Positions 60,809 to 64,000 of a DNA stretch of 64,000 nt are shown piece by piece. A program made the translations under genes and the position numbers. Every line of letters starts with the position of its first letter. The first letter of the stretch is position 1. Below the pieces are notes generated by a model, which was not told the origin of the DNA, searched no databases, and saw nothing but the letters and a program-made list of their open reading frames with translations. Origin of the DNA: an uncultured Thermodesulfobacteriota bacterium (GTDB lineage: Bacteria; Desulfobacterota; S145-22); assembly GCA_964577975.1 (NCBI GenBank), contig CAZOBB010000068.1:2041-66040 (forward strand), written 5' to 3'.

Positions 60809-62155
60809 ATGGAAGGTAAGAGGGGATCCGTCATCTTTGTCGACGATGACGAGCATGTGTGCCGGGCCGTTGAGCAGACTCTCAAACTGGCGGGGTACGA
60901 TGTGATTACTTTTCGAGACCCACGTCAAGCAATGAAGGTGATTTCCCAAGATTGGCCTGGCATCTTGCTTACGGATGTGAAAATGCCCGGAATCGACGGT
61001 TTTTTTCTTTTAGAGTGGACGATTCGACAAGATCGAGATCTACCTGTTCTCCTCGTTACAGGTCATGGAGACATCAGCATGGCTGTGGAGGCTATGCGAA
61101 AAGGTGCCTACGATTTCATAGAAAAACCGATATCGGCGGAAAGGCTCGTGGAGGTTGTCGCCCGGGCCATGGAAAAGCGTCGGCTTATCATGTATAACCG
61201 GAAACTTCGTGCGCAAGTGGCGCGTCAGGATGGGCTTGAGTCGGTAATTCTCGGTCGAAGTGAGGCGATCACGAGGTTACGAGAGAAGATTCATGCCATC
61301 GCTGATGCTCATGTGGACGTGCTTGTGATTGGGGAGACGGGGACGGGAAAGGAGCTTGTTGCCCGGTGTTTGCATCGTTACAGCAACCGGAGAGAGCGTC
61401 CGTTTGTAGCGATCAATTGTGGGGCAATACCGGAATCGATCATTGAGAACGAACTTTTTGGACATGAACCTGGTGCATTCACGGGTGCCGACCGTTTGTA
61501 TATGGGTAAGTTCGAGCAAGCCGATGGCGGAACTCTGTTTCTCGACGAGATCGAGTCGATGCCGTTAAACCTACAAGTCAGGCTGTTGAGGGTCTTGCAG
61601 GAGCGATCCATAGAGAGATTGGGTGGCAGCAAGACGATCCAGCTGGATCTCCGTGTGATTGCAGCTACTAAACGTGACTTACGGGAGGCCAGCGAAAAGG
61701 GAGAGTTCCGAAGTGATCTCTATTATCGTTTAAGTGTGGCCAATCTTGTAATTCCTCCCCTGAGGGAACGGGTGGAAGACATACCCCCTCTCTTTTTCCA
61801 TTTTTTGCACAAGGCGTCGGAGCGTCTTGGACGTCCGGCGCCGCAAGTCGACGAGATTCGACTCCAACAACTCATGCGATATGCGTGGCCGGGGAATGTG
61901 CGGGAATTGCAGAACGTGGCAGAGCGGGTGGCCCTTGGGATAGATGATTTGGTGAGGATTGTGGATGTTGAAGGTGAAAATTCCGGGCGTTTTTTACAGG
62001 AGCGGTTGGATGCCTTTGAAAAGTATCTTATCGAAGAAGAACTCAAGCGACAAAAGGGGAATATCACAGCGGCTTACAAGGCCTTGGGGTTACCTAGGAA
62101 AACTTTTTACAACAAGATGAGAAAATACGGGCTGACGAAAAAGGACTATGTATAG
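60809..62155 (+). CDS. Sigma-54-dependent response regulator (NtrC/DctD family)
   Basis: REC domain; AAA+ sigma-54 activator domain (GETGTGKELVAR, GAFTGA motif in EPGAFTGA, ESMPLNLQVRLLRVLQE); C-terminal Fis-type HTH. Confidence 0.9.
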   Translation: MEGKRGSVIFVDDDEHVCRAVEQTLKLAGYDVITFRDPRQAMKVISQDWPGILLTDVKMPGIDGFFLLEWTIRQDRDLPVLLVTGHGDISMAVEAMRKGAYDFIEKPISAERLVEVVARAMEKRRLIMYNRKLRAQVARQDGLESVILGRSEAITRLREKIHAIADAHVDVLVIGETGTGKELVARCLHRYSNRRERPFVAINCGAIPESIIENELFGHEPGAFTGADRLYMGKFEQADGGTLFLDEIESMPLNLQVRLLRVLQERSIERLGGSKTIQLDLRVIAATKRDLREASEKGEFRSDLYYRLSVANLVIPPLRERVEDIPPLFFHFLHKASERLGRPAPQVDEIRLQQLMRYAWPGNVRELQNVAERVALGIDDLVRIVDVEGENSGRFLQERLDAFEKYLIEEELKRQKGNITAAYKALGLPRKTFYNKMRKYGLTKKDYV

Positions 62156-62406
62156 ATTTTGTATAGTGTTTGCCGGTCTCGCGTAGAAGGCTGTTGGGAA
62201 ATGGGCCATTTTTTACCCACGCCTTTTCGATGTATGTGTAATAATTGGCCCGTTTCTGTCGAGTGGGCAGAAATGCCAAGAAGGCAAACCGTGCTTCCGT
62301 AACGGGGCCCCTCCAAGGAAGGAATCCTTTTTTTTCGGCTTTTCACCTTCCCAGAAAAGCAAACGTTGTTCCATTGAGGTGAGGGTAAAGTTCCCATTCG
62401 TTTGCA

Positions 62407-62422
62407 TGGCATGAATCGTGCT
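62407..62422 (+). promoter_or_regulatory. Candidate sigma-54 (-24/-12) promoter upstream of the binding-protein/symporter genes
   Basis: TGGCAT-gaatc-GTGCT matches the TGGCAC-N5-TTGCW consensus with correct GG/GC spacing; about 155 nt upstream of the ATG at 62580; downstream of the sigma-54 activator gene. Confidence 0.45.
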
Positions 62423-62579
62423 TAACATACCATACATATACCCTTGTTTTGAAAAGATGGGAAAGGTTTTTTTAAACGATAGGGTAGATGGAGGTTTCAG
62501 GGAGATGGAACTGCCGAACTGAGGGAACGAGAGGCGGTGGTTTCATCACAAGATGATTAACCGCAACAAGGGAGGAGGT

Positions 62580-63494
62580 ATGAGACGCGCCATTTTGAGG
62601 ATTTTGAAGATGGGAGGAATGGTTTTGTGTGTCATGGCGTTTCTGGTGGGATCATCCCCCGCAGAGAAGGTCGTGACCCAATCCCCGACCCTTCAGAAGG
62701 TGATTTCGAAAGGAGTCATCCGTGTGGGGGTAAACCCGAAATTTAAACCTTTTTCCTTCATGGAAGGAGGCCAAAGGCGAGGGGTGGACATCGACATTGC
62801 GATGCTGCTTGCTAAGAAACTGGGTGTCCAGGCGAAAATTGTCGTTCCATCGAGTTTTTCCCAACTGATTCCCATGCTGCTGGAGGGGAAAATAGACATC
62901 ATTATGGCGGGAATGAGTATCACCTTCGATCGAGCGAAAGTAGTCGATTATTCGAAACCTTATTTCGATACCGGGCTTTCGATTCTCCTTAATAAGATTA
63001 CCACGACCCGTTTGGGAATTTCGGCTGTGACGAATTATGAGGCCTTGCGTGAAGAACTTGTACGCAACGGGAAGGCAGGGCAACTTGTCGTGGCGGTCAC
63101 CAAAGGAAAAGCACCGGAGCGAATTGTTCCCCGTTTCTTTCCCGGTGCACGGATAAAATCTTATCCTTCAAACGAGGCGGCGGCTGAAGCAACTTTGAAG
63201 GGTGAGGCCGATATCATGGTGCATGATGAGATATTCCTTAAAGTCTGGTTGAAAGAGAACGCGAAACGGGCGAGTTTTCGAATGGTGGTTTTAGATCCTC
63301 CTTTCAAACCCGATTATTATGGTTTTGCCATTCGAAAGGGGAATCAAGATTTTCTTAACCTGCTCGATGTTTTTGTCCTGGAACTGCGAGCAAACGGGTA
63401 TGTCAATCAATTCATGGGAAAGTATCTTCCCGTCAAGGCCCGAGTGACCACGCGAAGTTATAAGATCAGCGAAGATTATTACGGAGGGGACTAA
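62580..63494 (+). CDS. Periplasmic substrate-binding protein, family 3 (polar amino acid-type)
   Basis: GGGAGGAGG RBS; signal peptide; SBP_bac_3-like fold (GVIRVGVNPKFKPFSF...GVDIDIAMLLAKKLG...GKIDIIMAGMSIT). Confidence 0.8.
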   Translation: MRRAILRILKMGGMVLCVMAFLVGSSPAEKVVTQSPTLQKVISKGVIRVGVNPKFKPFSFMEGGQRRGVDIDIAMLLAKKLGVQAKIVVPSSFSQLIPMLLEGKIDIIMAGMSITFDRAKVVDYSKPYFDTGLSILLNKITTTRLGISAVTNYEALREELVRNGKAGQLVVAVTKGKAPERIVPRFFPGARIKSYPSNEAAAEATLKGEADIMVHDEIFLKVWLKENAKRASFRMVVLDPPFKPDYYGFAIRKGNQDFLNLLDVFVLELRANGYVNQFMGKYLPVKARVTTRSYKISEDYYGGD

Positions 63495-63495
63495 A

Positions 63496-64000
63496 ATGAG
63501 CAGCACTGAAGCGAAGAAAAAGGGATTGGATCTTCAGTGGAAGATTCTCATCGGGATCATCGCTGGGATCGCCCTTGGAATCGGTTTGAATCTGACAGTG
63601 GGATCAGGTATCACTTCTGGCCCCATTTTTTATGTGAAAACCCTTTTCAAATACGGCGGGGACGTCTTCATCCGTCTCTTGCGAATGCTGATCGTGCCGT
63701 TGGTGTTTGCCTCCATTTACATGGCTGTAGCGAATCTTGGTGATGTGCGGAAGCTGGGAAGAATTGGGGGGAAAACCATTGGTTATTATATGTTGACCAC
63801 GGCTTTGGCAGTTTTGGTAGGCCTGATCGTAGTCAACATCATCAATCCGGGTATGGGTATCAACAAAGAGGCTTTGTCGGCCCTTCACATTGGTACGGAG
63901 GTTCCAGCGAAGGTTGCGAAACAGGGAGTCGGAGAACGGAGCCCTGTTATCATTATTGTGGATACCTTTGTGAACATGATTCCCAAAAATCCCGCCGCTG
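63496..64000 (+). CDS. Dicarboxylate/amino acid:cation (Na+/H+) symporter, DAACS family (GltP/DctA-like), 3'-truncated by the window end
   Basis: Starts 2 nt after the SBP stop; LQWKILIGIIAGIALGIGLN and RLLRMLIVPLVFASI are typical of DAACS transporters. Confidence 0.8.
   Translation, partial: MSSTEAKKKGLDLQWKILIGIIAGIALGIGLNLTVGSGITSGPIFYVKTLFKYGGDVFIRLLRMLIVPLVFASIYMAVANLGDVRKLGRIGGKTIGYYMLTTALAVLVGLIVVNIINPGMGINKEALSALHIGTEVPAKVAKQGVGERSPVIIIVDTFVNMIPKNPAA

Overview
This is a gene-dense chromosomal segment, about 55% GC, from a Gram-negative and probably anaerobic bacterium. The Gram-negative call rests on Tol-Pal, LpxK and Pal; the anaerobic guess rests on the four-subunit 2-oxoacid:ferredoxin oxidoreductase and the archaeal-type LeuCD.

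Gene order, 5' to 3':
- rplA' - L10 leader - rplJ - rplL - attenuator - rpoB - rpoC - terminator
- tolB - pal - ybgF (minus strand)
- OmpR-type response regulator and histidine kinase
- An AT-poor/AT-rich island carrying a small ORF with a Walker-A motif
- Bifunctional aldolase/short-chain dehydrogenase
- rplI - dnaB - CsgG-like lipoprotein with a C-terminal SH3 domain - small secreted protein - pgsA - eno
- GGDEF diguanylate cyclase, translationally coupled to a six-gene molybdenum/selenium cofactor-maturation-like operon: YgfJ/MocA - DUF4213-DUF364 - MoeA-like protein with a Cys-rich tail - DUF364 paralog - YqeB - YqeC
- On the minus strand, a korDABG-type 2-oxoacid:ferredoxin oxidoreductase operon ending in an XRE-cupin regulator
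- A roughly 1200-aa multi-PAS hybrid histidine kinase
- Class-V aminotransferase / cysteine-desulfurase-like gene (minus strand)
- lpxK - leuA/cimA - leuC - leuD - asd
- DUF3391-HD-GYP protein
- tRNA-Ser(CGA), tRNA-Ser(GGA), SRP RNA (ffs), then dnaX - ybaB - recR
- A bidirectional terminator, then tRNA-Leu(GAG) - secG - tpiA - pgk - gap and an uncharacterised 295-aa protein (all minus strand)
- pgpA - cinA-C/pncC - M50 site-2 protease - rimO
- Extended trmB (minus strand)
- kup
- DctB/DctD-like sigma-54 two-component system, a candidate sigma-54 promoter, an amino-acid substrate-binding protein and a partial DAACS symporter

No CRISPR array, IS element or prophage was seen.

The most interesting locus is the orphan accessory set for selenium-dependent molybdenum hydroxylases (YgfJ, YqeB, YqeC). 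Here it is expanded by two DUF364 putative metal-chelation proteins and a Cys-tailed molybdopterin-binding protein. A c-di-GMP synthase leads it, and no hydroxylase or selD gene is visible within the window.
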